Part shown: one piece after another, positions 19,422-29,593 of the stretch
Layout of the letters: every line of letters starts with the position of its first letter
Numbering within the stretch: position 1 is the first letter of the stretch
Source: Meiothermus sp.
GTDB taxonomy: Bacteria > Deinococcota > Deinococci > Deinococcales > Thermaceae
Direction of reading: 5' to 3'
Assembly (NCBI GenBank): GCA_033762915.1
Contig: JANRLD010000071.1
Span: forward strand, 1-64,000
Length of the DNA stretch: 64,000 nucleotides
Program-made: the position numbers and the translations under genes
The notes under the pieces: generated by a model
The model's input: the letters and a program-made list of their open reading frames with translations, nothing else
Told to the model about the DNA's origin: nothing
The model's database searches: none

Positions 19422-20480
19422 TTAGGGGCGGACATCGGTGGGCTGGTCGCCGTCCACCAATGCCTTCACCCATTGACTCAACCTGCTGCCACCGGCCTGG
19501 GTGGTGTAGAAGCTGTCGGTCACGCTTACGCAGTGTCCGCCACCCGGGGCGGTGTAGCTCGAGAAATTGGAGCGTCCCTGCTTGATGCTGCCGAGGCTGC
19601 TCTGTGCCAGATGGGGCCAGTCCCCGGGGTCGCCGCCCATCAGTCCATAAAAGTAGCTCTGCACACCGTCCTCCTGGGTGGTGTACTGGCTCAGGCGGGC
19701 GCTGGGGAACTGCTGGGCGATGGCTCGGTAGAGATCAGGCAGTCGGATTCGGCTCGCGTCTGTGCGGGCTTCGGCTAGATCGGGTATGAAATCTGGGATG
19801 GCCTGCTCGGCCCTCCAACCCCGGAAGCCGGTGCCGGCAAAGCCGCTGGTCACCACCCCCACGCCGGCGTCGGCCCACAGCCGCACGCGGCTGCGGTTGT
19901 AGCGGTTCATCACGTACGCCGACCACAGCGCGGCCCCGTAAGCCCCGGCACTACATCCGGTTACCACGGCCTGCCTGGGTGCTGGGTAGTGGGTGAACAT
20001 CCACTCGAGCGCCGCCCGGGCGTTTACCGCCCCCCGGTGGTGGACGACGCGGTTTCCGTACGCCACCACGCTGTTGCCCCAGTGGATGTCGGCGGTGCAG
20101 TAGGGGACGAAGACGTGCGTCCATCCGAAAAAAGGGTTGTCTGTGTTGTTCCGGTCGAAGATGCCTTCGGCTCGCACCAGCTCGAGGAAGGTGTTTAGCC
20201 CCGGCGTGTAGGTGCCCCCGTTGCAGGTGCCGTTGTTCCAGCAGGCCCCGCCGCCTTGGAAGCTAAGCAGCACCTTGCCGGGGTCGCCTCTGGAGACAAA
20301 AAACCGCCAAGGGGTGCCGTCGGAGCACACCAGATTCTCGGTCTCGACGGTCACAAAGCTGCTGGAGGGCTGGGGGGTGGGGGCTGGGCTGGGGGGCGCT
20401 GGAGCGGCAGGTGAGTTCGGGCCGGAGGCACAGCCCACCACCAGCAATACCAACAGACCCACCCGCAATACCCCGTGCAT
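19422..20480 (-). CDS. Pectinacetylesterase/Notum-family lipoprotein (tandem paralog)
   Basis: Lipobox VVGC, Pro-rich linker, and the same CSDG, FQGGGACW, PYCTAD, GCSAG and GHC motifs. Confidence 0.87.
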   Translation of the reverse strand: MHGVLRVGLLVLLVVGCASGPNSPAAPAPPSPAPTPQPSSSFVTVETENLVCSDGTPWRFFVSRGDPGKVLLSFQGGGACWNNGTCNGGTYTPGLNTFLELVRAEGIFDRNNTDNPFFGWTHVFVPYCTADIHWGNSVVAYGNRVVHHRGAVNARAALEWMFTHYPAPRQAVVTGCSAGAYGAALWSAYVMNRYNRSRVRLWADAGVGVVTSGFAGTGFRGWRAEQAIPDFIPDLAEARTDASRIRLPDLYRAIAQQFPSARLSQYTTQEDGVQSYFYGLMGGDPGDWPHLAQSSLGSIKQGRSNFSSYTAPGGGHCVSVTDSFYTTQAGGSRLSQWVKALVDGDQPTDVRP

Positions 20481-20638
20481 GACCGTACAACTATACGCAG
20501 CAATCATTAAGACTGCCCTCGAGCTAGCGACCCTGCCCCAAAGGCTGTGGTCGCTGGGCCTCTCGTTGGACGGTTACGTGGTGCTCGGCTTTGCCCTCCG
20601 GTGGCATCGCAGCCGCATTGGGGCTCCGAAGACCGGGC

Positions 20639-20667
20639 TTGGACTTACGTGCCCTGCGATTTATCAT
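20639..20667 (+). promoter_or_regulatory. Sigma70-type promoter of purH (near-leaderless)
   Basis: TTGGAC-17 nt-TATCAT, 8 nt before ATG 20676; no SD sequence. Confidence 0.65.
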
Positions 20668-20675
20668 TGCCCGGT

Positions 20676-22184
20676 ATGCGTGCGCTGCTTTCGGTTTCGG
20701 ACAAGACGGACTTAATCGAGTTTGCTAGGAGTCTGGCGGAGATGGGTTTCGAGCTGGTCTCCACCGGGGGAACCCACCGGGCGTTGACAGAAGCTGGGCT
20801 AAGGGCGGTGTATATATCGGACGTGACGGGCTTTCCGGAGATTCTGGACGGCAGGGTAAAGACCCTTCACCCCCGGGTACACGCCGGACTACTGGCCAAA
20901 AGAACCCCCGAGCACGAGGCCGAGGCGCGGGAGCACCGCATCCGCCGCATTGACGTGCTGGCGGTCAACCTCTATCCCTTTCGCAGGGTCATGATGTCGG
21001 GCGGAAGTTTCGACGAGTGTATCGAGAACATCGACATCGGTGGCCCTGCCATGCTGAGGGCGGCGGCCAAGAACCACGAACACGTGTTGCCCCTCTGCGA
21101 TCCCGCCGACTACGATGCGGCCCTCGAGGCCCTGGCCAAGGGCATCACCGCCGACTTCCGCCGCCAGCTGGCGTTCAAGGCTTTTGCCCACACCGCCGCC
21201 TACGACGCCGCCATCTCCGACTTCCTCAGCTTTGAGCCCTTCCCGGCTAGCCGTTCACTTGCCCTCGAGAAACTCCCCGCCGTCAGCCTGCGCTACGGCG
21301 AGAACCCCCACCAGTCGGCCGCGCTTTACCGATTTCAAGGCCAGACCGGGCCGGTGATCGACGCGCAAGTGATCGCTGGAAAGCCCATGGGTTTCAACAA
21401 CTACGGCGACGCCGACGCGGCCTGGGCGCTGGCAGAGGAGTTCGACCTGCCCGCCTGTGTGGCAGTCAAGCACGGCAACCCTTGCGGCGTAGCCCTGGCC
21501 GACAGTGCCGAGCAGGCCTGGGAGCGTGCCCGCGACGCCGACACCCTCTCGGTATTTGGCGGAGTGGTGGCCTTCAACCGGTCCATAGACCTGCTGACGG
21601 CTGCATCCACCAAGGGGACGTTTCTCGAGGTACTCATCGCGCCTGAGGTCAGCGAAGAGGCCGCCAATTGGTTTCGCGCTAAGAAACCCGACCTGCGGGT
21701 GCTGGTAGCGGCCCCGCACGACACTGTTCGGGTGGAGTACCGCTCACTGGTGGGCGGCTTCCTGGTCCAAGACCGCGACTTGCGTAGGTGGGAAGACCTC
21801 GAGCTCAACTATGTCACCGAGCGCATCCCCACCGCCCAAGAGCTGATGGACCTTAAGTTCGCCTGGTATGTGGGCAAACACACCCGCTCGAACAATGTGG
21901 TGTTGGCTAAGGACGGCGTGACCGTGGGAATGGGCACCGGCGCCGTCAGCAGAATCTGGGCCGCCGAGCGGGCGATCCTCAACGCCGGCGAAAAAGCCAA
22001 AGGCGCGGTTCTATCCTCCGAGGCTTTTTTCCCCTTCGACGACGTGGTTCGGGCCGCTGCCGCCGCAGGTGTGCGGGCCATCGTTCAGCCCGGCGGAGCC
22101 AAGCGCGACGAGGAGGTGATCGCTGCCTGCAACGAGCTGGGAGTGGCCATGATCTTCACCGGTTCGCGCCACTTCAAGCATTGA
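20676..22184 (+). CDS. purH: Bifunctional AICAR transformylase/IMP cyclohydrolase
   Basis: RALLSVSDK, STGGT, GRVKTLHP, IDIGGP, LRYGENPHQ and C-terminal RHFKH. Confidence 0.97.
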   Translation: MRALLSVSDKTDLIEFARSLAEMGFELVSTGGTHRALTEAGLRAVYISDVTGFPEILDGRVKTLHPRVHAGLLAKRTPEHEAEAREHRIRRIDVLAVNLYPFRRVMMSGGSFDECIENIDIGGPAMLRAAAKNHEHVLPLCDPADYDAALEALAKGITADFRRQLAFKAFAHTAAYDAAISDFLSFEPFPASRSLALEKLPAVSLRYGENPHQSAALYRFQGQTGPVIDAQVIAGKPMGFNNYGDADAAWALAEEFDLPACVAVKHGNPCGVALADSAEQAWERARDADTLSVFGGVVAFNRSIDLLTAASTKGTFLEVLIAPEVSEEAANWFRAKKPDLRVLVAAPHDTVRVEYRSLVGGFLVQDRDLRRWEDLELNYVTERIPTAQELMDLKFAWYVGKHTRSNNVVLAKDGVTVGMGTGAVSRIWAAERAILNAGEKAKGAVLSSEAFFPFDDVVRAAAAAGVRAIVQPGGAKRDEEVIAACNELGVAMIFTGSRHFKH

Positions 22185-22367
22185 AATACGCGAGGCCTAG
22201 GTTTTCCCTGCTTGTACTTGGGCACGCTCAACACCCACTCTTCGATGCGCTTCACCAATGTGCGTCCGAGTTGGGAGTCTCGGGCAGTAGACGCTAGACA
22301 ACTCTCCGGGCCGGCAGGCCACGCCCGGACTAATTCCGCCTTGAGTTTTTTTTGAAATGCGCAGGCG

Positions 22368-22850
22368 TCACTTTCTGGACTCACCTCGAAGCCACTTCTC
22401 GAGGCACAGAGCCGGGATCAACATCTCCTGCCAGGTCCAGGCGGTCTGGCCGAACTTGCGGAAGCCTAGACCGGCGTAGAGGCGCATAGCGGGAGTGTTG
22501 TCGTGCTCGACCAGCAGGGTCAGCCGTTTAAATCCCAGTTCGCGGGCGACGGCCTCGAGGTAGGCCAGGAGCCCGGTGGCGATTCCCCGGCGGCGGTGTT
22601 CCTCGGCAACCTCGAGGGCCTGGACGTAGGCACTTTCCACCCCGTCGGCCATGTTTGGGTAGCAAAAAACGAGCTGAACCGTACCCACGATCTGCCCGTC
22701 GACGGTCGCTACGAAGATCTGGTTCCGCCTGGCCTGCTGCAACCCGATCTCGCGCCGCAAGATCTCGAGCATTCGCTCGTCGCCGCCGCTGCGCCATGTC
22801 GTGTACTGCTCGTACTGTCGGGCGGCCAAGTTCTGAAAGGAAACTCGCAT
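22368..22850 (-). CDS. GNAT family N-acetyltransferase
   Basis: LEV..EHRRRGIA acetyl-CoA motif; N.PA.RLY..LGF. Confidence 0.85.
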   Translation of the reverse strand: MRVSFQNLAARQYEQYTTWRSGGDERMLEILRREIGLQQARRNQIFVATVDGQIVGTVQLVFCYPNMADGVESAYVQALEVAEEHRRRGIATGLLAYLEAVARELGFKRLTLLVEHDNTPAMRLYAGLGFRKFGQTAWTWQEMLIPALCLEKWLRGESRK

Positions 22851-23034
22851 AGTCCCGGTCTTCTTCTCCTTCTATGCCCAACCATAGGAGAACCAAGATG
22901 AGGAAATAGCGCGTGCGCCTTACACAGATGATGACCACGGCCCGACCCGCCCGCAAGGCCCAAGTGGTGCTGTGGCATCCGCAGGTCTGGAACCCAAACC
23001 GGCGCTCTCTTGTTGTCGATTTGCCTGGTCGCAT

Positions 23035-23991
23035 CTACCGCGTCACCTCGGACTGGCCTGCCTCGAGTGCTTCAAGCTCAGCCCGTGTCGGAAGGCCCTC
23101 CCAGTCGCCGTTGAACTGCGTTGCCAGCGCGCCTAGTAGGCAGCCGCGCCTGAGGGCTCGCTGTAAGTCGCTCGCATCTTCAAGCCAGCCCGACAAGAAG
23201 CCTGCAGCGAAGGCGTCCCCCGCCCCGATGGGGTCGACCACCCGCCCGACCCGGTATGCGCCCGACTCAAGGGAGACGCCAGGTGCGAACAGCCTGGCGC
23301 CCTCCTCGCCCAGCTTGAGCACCACGAGTTTGGGCCCCATTTCCAGGAGTTTGTGGCCATGGTCTTCGGGTGTCCCGTGCCCCAGCAGGAACTCGGCCTC
23401 CTCCAGCCCCGGAAGCACGATGTCGGCATGGGGGATCAGCTCGAGCAACGTGGCCCGGGCCTCGGCTTCACTCCAGAGCTTGCGGCGCAGATTGGGATCG
23501 AAGGAGACGGTCTTGCCCAGTGTTCGCGCCAGCTTCATGGCCTCGAGCACTGCGGCTTTGGCGTGGACCCCCAGCGCAGGGGTGATGCCGGTGATGTGCA
23601 GGTGACGGCTGTCCTCCAACCATTCTCGCCTGACGTCAGCTGGGGAGAGTTGGCTGGCCGCAGAGCCCTTCCGGTAATAGTGGGCGACGGGTTCGCCGGC
23701 TCGGTACTCGCGGAAGTATAGGCCGGTGGGGGCGTCCTTGTCCCGCGCAACGAACGAAACGTCCACGCCTTCCCCGCGCAGGGTTCGCTCAACTAGATCG
23801 CCAAAGGGGTCTTGGCCCAGGCGACTAACCCAGCGGGCCTTTTTGCCCAGGCGACTCAGTGCAATTGCCAGATTCGACTCGGCCCCTCCTACCGAGCGTA
23901 CGAAGTTGGCCGCATAGGCCAGCGGAAGGGGCTGAGCGGGCTGAAGCAACACCATGGTCTCGCCGAGGGTCACCACGTCGATTTTGCTCAC
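23035..23991 (-). CDS. PfkB-family sugar kinase (KdgK-like)
   Basis: GGAESN.AI, DPNLR..LW and DPIGAGDAFAAGF motifs. GTG start 6 nt after TAGGAT. Confidence 0.9.
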   Translation of the reverse strand: MSKIDVVTLGETMVLLQPAQPLPLAYAANFVRSVGGAESNLAIALSRLGKKARWVSRLGQDPFGDLVERTLRGEGVDVSFVARDKDAPTGLYFREYRAGEPVAHYYRKGSAASQLSPADVRREWLEDSRHLHITGITPALGVHAKAAVLEAMKLARTLGKTVSFDPNLRRKLWSEAEARATLLELIPHADIVLPGLEEAEFLLGHGTPEDHGHKLLEMGPKLVVLKLGEEGARLFAPGVSLESGAYRVGRVVDPIGAGDAFAAGFLSGWLEDASDLQRALRRGCLLGALATQFNGDWEGLPTRAELEALEAGQSEVTR

Positions 23992-24325
23992 TCCAACATC
24001 CTATTCGCATTCGCAGACTGCGGTAGATGGGCCGAAGCGAGATGGCAGTAGGCCGTTGCAGCACGCCAGGCGGGCCACTCCCACCCAACAAGTCTTGGTG
24101 AAGCGCATCCCCCCGCCTGATTCAAGGGTGTCGCCGAAAGCTTAATGGTAAAGATGGAGCCGCCTGCAGCAATGATGGCTAGTTTCGTATTAACGTATTG
24201 AGGATGCCCCCTGCCGCATTAGGAACCCGTTACGAAGAGTGAGCGGTAAGAGTCTGTGACAAGCTAAGCGCGGACTAGCGGGTTCTTGAGGTGCTTGCTG
24301 CCAAAATCCGGTGGTATTGCTTGGC

Positions 24326-25144
24326 TCACTGCTGCGCCGATCTTCCGTCCCTGAGCCCGCGGCGATACTGCCGGGGTGTTTGCCCGGTGGCCGCCTCAAA
24401 GGCGGCGTAGAAGCGGCTCGAGCTCCCAAACCCGGCCTCAAAGGCGATCTCCAACACGGGCCGCTCGGTGGTTGCCAGGAGACGCTGCGCATGGGCCAAC
24501 CGGTGCTGAGTAAGGTACTCCAGCACGGTCATGCCAAACGTCTGCCGGAATAGGGTGGAGGCGTAGTTGGGTTTCAGCCCTACGGTGTCGGCCACGCTCG
24601 AGACGGTCAGCGGCTCGGGGTAGTGGCTCACGATGAACTGGGCCATCTGAACGGCTTTGTCGGCGCGTTGCCCGCCCTTTCGGCGCACAGTGGGCTGGGC
24701 GCGGCGCTCGAGGGCCAGCCGGCGAAGCCGGGCCTCGAGCTCTAGCCTTACGACCTGCCGGTACGCCTCGCCTTGGCCCCAGTCCTCGAGCCAGCCCCCG
24801 AAGCGTTCAATGTCGGCGGGGTTCTGTGCATAGACCAGTTCGCCGTGCAGCACAGGCCGTGTCAGGCTCTCGGGCAAGTCGAGTCGTAGGAAGTCGGCGA
24901 GCGGCAGGGTTAACCAGAGGAACTGAGTACCTGGATCCGCCTGAATCAGCCGGTGGGGCATGGCCCCCCAGAACACTACCCACCCACCCGCCCCCAGCGC
25001 CACGGTTTGGCCGCCAAAAAGGTACTGTACCCCCCCGGTAAGGACCAGGTTGACCTCGACCTCGCTGTGTTGGTGGGGGGTGTGCATGGCCTCCACCTGA
25101 CCCCGCCAAATCTGCCATCCGAACTGGTGCTGCAATACCTCCAT
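24326..25144 (-). CDS. AraC-family transcriptional regulator (cupin + HTH, MelR-like)
   Basis: H.H.EVE cupin motif, FWGAMPH, C-terminal IAFEAGFGSSSRFY..F....GQTPRQYR. Confidence 0.92.
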   Translation of the reverse strand: MEVLQHQFGWQIWRGQVEAMHTPHQHSEVEVNLVLTGGVQYLFGGQTVALGAGGWVVFWGAMPHRLIQADPGTQFLWLTLPLADFLRLDLPESLTRPVLHGELVYAQNPADIERFGGWLEDWGQGEAYRQVVRLELEARLRRLALERRAQPTVRRKGGQRADKAVQMAQFIVSHYPEPLTVSSVADTVGLKPNYASTLFRQTFGMTVLEYLTQHRLAHAQRLLATTERPVLEIAFEAGFGSSSRFYAAFEAATGQTPRQYRRGLRDGRSAQQ

Positions 25145-25242
25145 ACCTGAGAATACAGGAATTATCCTCTGAAAAAAGAGAGGATTTCCGAAAACCTCGA
25201 GGCTACACTGACTATAGTCAACACCAAGGGAGAACCAGGTCT

Positions 25243-26313
25243 ATGTCCAAGCCCGCCATGATTAACACCGCCGTAACCGACCCTAGCCAAGTCCGGATTT
25301 CAGACTCCCCCCCGCGTCCCGCACCTATTCCGCCCAGGAGCCCCCACCACCTTACCGAAGAGCAGGTACGTTTCTTCGACGAGAACGGCTATCTGGTGCT
25401 CAAGCAGTGGATCACCGGAGAGATGCTTCAACGTCTTCAGGCCGCCGGACAGCGCTGGATTGAGCATGGCGAAGACCTCCGCGCCCGCCAGCTGGCCCGG
25501 GAGTTGGATGAGGAAGAACTGGAGCAGGTGGACGACCTGGCCTTTGCCAAGCGCGATGGCGGCGAGGTCTTTTTCCGGGTCAATTACGTCCACAACAAAG
25601 GCGAGGTGGCCTCGCTGGAGCTGCTGGGCAGCCCGCAGGTGCTGGGCGTGGCGGAGAGCCTGTGTGGCCCTAATTTCGTCCCCACCTACGAGAGCATGGT
25701 CTTTAAGAAGGCTGGTGACGGGGAGAAGATCCCCTGGCATCAGGACGCGGTCCACGCCCGCCGCCACCGGGTTTTCAACTTCGACCTCTATCTCGATGAG
25801 TCCAAGATCGGTGGGGGAGCCTTGCGGGTGGTGCCGAAGTCACAGAAGGTGATTCACGACGCCTGCGCGGTCTCTGAGCGCTATGGGTGGGACTTGCCGG
25901 GGGTCATACATGTCGAGCTCGAGCCCGGTGATGTACTGCTGCACGACGTGATGGTCCTGCACGGCTCCGAGCGTACCCTCGGGAAAAGCCTGCGCCGGAC
26001 GATTTACTACGAGTTCCGCTCTGCTGAGATGATCCTGGAGGAGGGCCCCTGGGACGAGAGCTGGATCGACCAGCGTATGCGACTGGTTCCCGTGGCCCAG
26101 CGGCGCTTCGCAGAACGGTTCCCCCAATCCGCGCCCTTCCAGTGGAACGTCGAACCCCGGTTCCGCCCGGTTCCCGTGGGCGACGACGCAGTAGAGCTGA
26201 AGGTGGCCCACGTCTGGCACTCGGTGGGGGCCTACTGCTCTGCCAGCAGCGCGCCTCGAGAGGTAGTCGAACGGGCAATGGCCCGACTCGAGGCGGGTAA
26301 TCCGCAGATATAA
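25243..26313 (+). CDS. Phytanoyl-CoA dioxygenase family Fe(II)/2-oxoglutarate enzyme
   Basis: FFDENGYL, WHQD (HxD), G.L.VVP.S, GDVLLH...LHGS and distal R. Divergent from the AraC gene. Confidence 0.88.
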   Translation: MSKPAMINTAVTDPSQVRISDSPPRPAPIPPRSPHHLTEEQVRFFDENGYLVLKQWITGEMLQRLQAAGQRWIEHGEDLRARQLARELDEEELEQVDDLAFAKRDGGEVFFRVNYVHNKGEVASLELLGSPQVLGVAESLCGPNFVPTYESMVFKKAGDGEKIPWHQDAVHARRHRVFNFDLYLDESKIGGGALRVVPKSQKVIHDACAVSERYGWDLPGVIHVELEPGDVLLHDVMVLHGSERTLGKSLRRTIYYEFRSAEMILEEGPWDESWIDQRMRLVPVAQRRFAERFPQSAPFQWNVEPRFRPVPVGDDAVELKVAHVWHSVGAYCSASSAPREVVERAMARLEAGNPQI

Positions 26314-26349
26314 CCTATCAGACGCCGATCCCGAAGGACGGGCCGAGTG

Positions 26350-26452
26350 AGAGCGGTTCCCACGCTTACTCCCTACAGCGGTTTTTGCTGTAGGGAGTAC
26401 ATTGCCTGCCGCCGCGAGGGAGGTAAGGGTGGGAAACGCGGTGAGTAGATAG
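26350..26452. repeat. Palindromic intergenic repeat (family copy A)
   Basis: Core TACTCCCTACAGC-N7-GCTGTAGGGAGTA (26367-26399) inside GCGGTTCCCAC...GTGGGAAACGC outer inverted repeats. Aligns with 50930-51011 and 63256-63362. Confidence 0.85.
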
Positions 26453-26544
26453 GACCTGCCTCGGTTATCTCTCGAGCGAAACTCTATGAGCCTCATTGGT
26501 TGCGCAGGCGAATGAATGTGTTTCGCTTGCGCAAACCGTTGTCC

Positions 26545-28938
26545 TCAGCGTCGCTCAACCAGGGCCTTTAGGGCAGTTAGGGTTTCGTCGGCCTCAAACT
26601 GCGACTGGGTTGTGGAGTTTAGCTCGAGATTTACGTTGATGTTGACGGCGGGAGGGCGCACCAGGGCCAGCTGGCGGTTAACCCGGTGAACCCCAAAGTA
26701 GTCTCCCGCGTCCACCTTGTCATTACCGTTCACGTCCTTCCAGCCGGCAACTGCGTACTGCCCGGCGTTCAGGGCGGTGAGGGTGTAGTTGGCGGTTCGA
26801 GTGTCGGCGGAAAGGGTTACCCCCTTGGAACGGTTGATGTCGTACTGGGTACCGGTCCAGAACAGCGCAGCCAGGAAGGTGTCTTTCACGGTCGGGGTGA
26901 TGGCGGTGCCCACGGTTAGGGTCAGGGACGTATTGACGGTCTGGCCTGAGGCTGTGCCTTGGACGGTTAGGGGGTACTGGCCCGGGGCCACATTGCCTGC
27001 TACGGTTACCGCCAGGGTAGAGGTGGCGCCGCTCGAGGGGTTTGGGGTGAATGTCCCAGTCACGCCAGAGGGTGCGCCTTGGAGGCTGAGGTTTACCGCC
27101 CCCGTAAAGCCCCCAACCCGCTCGATGCCCACAACGGTCTGGGAGTTGCCGCCGGGCGCGATGGTCAGGCTGCTGGGGGTTGTGGAGAGGGCGAAAGAGG
27201 CCACTGGCGAGCCGCCCACCGCCTGAATTGCCGCGAACGCGTCCACCAGTCCGGCCCCGCAGTCGTTGGCACCCACTACCGGCGGGGGGTTGATGTCGGC
27301 CCGAGACTCGCCCTGACATTGGGTGGGGGAGAGGGCTCGAGCGGTGCGACGCAGGATGTCCAGGGCCTCGACGCGGCTTAGGTTCGGTCTGGAACTCTTC
27401 ATCAGGGCGATCAGACCCGAGACATGTGGTGCCGCCATCGAGGTGCCGTTGTAAAAGACGTAATTGAACTGGTTCTGGGGGTCGGACTTGAGGGGGCTGA
27501 GCACGCCGCCGCCGGAAGGGATACCATTGCGGCTGACCGCGACATTGCCGCCCGGGGCCATCAGGTCGATGCGGGCGCCGAAATTGGAATACGGCGCGCG
27601 CCCGCCCGAAGGCCCGGTGGCCCCCACTGTGATCACCCCGCTGCAGCTGGCTGGCACAAAGTTTGCCACGTTTTGGTGCTCGTTGCCCGCCGCCGCTACG
27701 ATGATCCTGCCTGCCGCATTAATGCGGTTGATTACATCCTGGTAAAGCGGTACGCGAGCACAGGGAACGCTGCCGCCCAGGCTCATGTTGATAACCGCGG
27801 CCGGGTTGGGGTTGTTGGGCACGCCCTCCACGGTCAGGCCTGCCGCCCACAACATCCCGTCGGTGATGTCGATCAGGTCACCGCCCTGGATGCCCAGCAC
27901 CCGCACCGGCAGCAGCCGGGCCCCCCAGCTGACCCCGGCCACGCCCAGGCTGTTGTCCGAGTTGGCCAAGATGGTGCCGGCGACGTGGGTCCCGTGGTAG
28001 CTGCTCTGGGTAGGTTCGATCAGATCGCCCGCGTCCTCGGGGTTGGCGTCGCGCCCATCGCCGTCGTTGGCGTTGCGGGGGTCAGAGATCATGTCAAAAC
28101 CGGGAAGAATGCGGCCCCGGTCGAAGTCGGGGTGCTGCAGGAGTTGCCCGGTGTCGATCACCGCTACCGTAACCGGATTGGTCTGGCCACGCTCTATGTC
28201 CCAGGTCTGCGGCAGGTTGATGGCGGGGTAGTGCCACTGCTGGCTGTAGAGGGGGTCGTTGGGGGTTCTAGCGACCCGGAGTCGGTAGTTGGCCTGGGCA
28301 TACTCCACATCGGGCCGGGCCGAGAGTTCGGCAACGGCGTCCAGGGTGCCTGCAGCGTCGAGGGGGGCCTCGTAGAGGGCGGTGTTCTCTATGGAAAGCC
28401 CCCTCACCCGCTGCAAACTCACCCCGCCCACTTGCAGAGCCTCCACCCGCTGTAGGTTGACACCGCCCCGGAACTTGACGATCACCTGACCCGCTATGAG
28501 GCCGTTGTCGACCGCACCACCGCTGGTGGCGATGCTGACGGTTCCGGCTAAGTCGCCTCCGCTTGGACCACCACCACCGCTTGCCTGTACGCTGAGCCTA
28601 AAGGTGGTGGTGTTGGTGGCCGAGCCGCTGGTGCCGCGCACAGTGACGTCGTAGGTGCCGCTGGCCACACCCCCGCCCACCACCACCGTGAGCACGCTGC
28701 CACTGGCTGAGGCACTTACGCTGGGCGGGTTGAAGGTGCCGGAGATGCCGGGGGGCCCCTCGAGCGAGAGGGCAACCTGGTTGGTGGCACCGGCTGCGAA
28801 CGTCACCAGCACATTGGTAGTGGTGAAACTGCCTGCGGTTGTGGTGGCCCCGGCAGCCGAAAGGCTGAAGTTGGGATTCCCGCCTCCGCCGCAGGCGGTC
28901 AGGAATAGCACGATGAATGGCACTGCCCACTTGAACAT
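26545..28938 (-). CDS. S8 (subtilisin-like) serine peptidase lipoprotein with Ig-like domains
   Basis: Lipobox LTAC. Catalytic motifs VAVIDTG, YHGTHVAGT and GTSMAAPHV. Two similar Ig-like 'LSL.G.P.G..GTF.P' domains flank the catalytic core. Confidence 0.92.
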   Translation of the reverse strand: MFKWAVPFIVLFLTACGGGGNPNFSLSAAGATTTAGSFTTTNVLVTFAAGATNQVALSLEGPPGISGTFNPPSVSASASGSVLTVVVGGGVASGTYDVTVRGTSGSATNTTTFRLSVQASGGGGPSGGDLAGTVSIATSGGAVDNGLIAGQVIVKFRGGVNLQRVEALQVGGVSLQRVRGLSIENTALYEAPLDAAGTLDAVAELSARPDVEYAQANYRLRVARTPNDPLYSQQWHYPAINLPQTWDIERGQTNPVTVAVIDTGQLLQHPDFDRGRILPGFDMISDPRNANDGDGRDANPEDAGDLIEPTQSSYHGTHVAGTILANSDNSLGVAGVSWGARLLPVRVLGIQGGDLIDITDGMLWAAGLTVEGVPNNPNPAAVINMSLGGSVPCARVPLYQDVINRINAAGRIIVAAAGNEHQNVANFVPASCSGVITVGATGPSGGRAPYSNFGARIDLMAPGGNVAVSRNGIPSGGGVLSPLKSDPQNQFNYVFYNGTSMAAPHVSGLIALMKSSRPNLSRVEALDILRRTARALSPTQCQGESRADINPPPVVGANDCGAGLVDAFAAIQAVGGSPVASFALSTTPSSLTIAPGGNSQTVVGIERVGGFTGAVNLSLQGAPSGVTGTFTPNPSSGATSTLAVTVAGNVAPGQYPLTVQGTASGQTVNTSLTLTVGTAITPTVKDTFLAALFWTGTQYDINRSKGVTLSADTRTANYTLTALNAGQYAVAGWKDVNGNDKVDAGDYFGVHRVNRQLALVRPPAVNINVNLELNSTTQSQFEADETLTALKALVERR

Positions 28939-29070
28939 AGACCACTCCCTGTCCTAAAAGGGTCGGCCCAACCGGGCCAGGCCCGCCTCGTTCCGACCCC
29001 AGCATTGCGCGCAAGACGGTGGCTTACCGCACGCGACTTCCTTACATCAGCGGTGCCCAACCCACGGCCC

Positions 29071-29496
29071 TTATTGTTGGTTGTAGGTCGAGAGCACCGT
29101 GAACTGAGTGGCAGAGTTTGGCCGGGTCACGTTAAAGGTGAAGCGATAGGACCCGCTGATCTTGATGTAGCAGGTTCCCACCGGCTGCAGCGCCAAACGC
29201 TCGCTGGGGATGGTAAGGCCGCCGCCGAGGTTGACGTCGAAGTTACCGAAGGAGTTGCCGATGGCGTGGGTGATGTTAACGCTTAGCAACTGCATGTTCT
29301 CGCTTGGCGCAGCCAAAAACTGCAGACACGGCCGGATCTGCCCGCCAAAGTTTCCGGTGGTCTCGAGGGCAAAGATAGAGATGGTGGGGGCTACGGGCTG
29401 AGGGGAGGGTGCGGGGGTACTGCTCCCGCAAGCGCTGAGGGCGGCGATGCCGAGGGCGGCTAGGGTGAGCTGGATGACTTTGAAAAAACGGTTCAT
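29071..29496 (-). CDS. Hypothetical lipoprotein (beta-rich, two additional Cys)
   Basis: SD AAGGAGA, lipobox LSAC, co-oriented within the kinase-protease cluster. Confidence 0.75.
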   Translation of the reverse strand: MNRFFKVIQLTLAALGIAALSACGSSTPAPSPQPVAPTISIFALETTGNFGGQIRPCLQFLAAPSENMQLLSVNITHAIGNSFGNFDVNLGGGLTIPSERLALQPVGTCYIKISGSYRFTFNVTRPNSATQFTVLSTYNQQ

Positions 29497-29593
29497 GGGG
29501 TTCTCCTTGGGGTGCGAGGGCTGGACGGCTCGAGGGTCGGATGGGGGGCTTTCAGGTATCGTCTTGGCTGGACTATGGGCTGTTGAGGTACCT

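Noticed and set aside
20500..20675. ZMP/ZTP (pfl) riboswitch upstream of purH
   Set aside because: The conserved GACTGGCG...GTGG...CCAC and GCCTGGGC elements are absent, and the promoter lies only 8 nt from the ATG.
22085..22384. 99-aa minus-strand ORF downstream of the GNAT gene
   Set aside because: It overlaps the purH 3' end in antisense and has no recognisable features.
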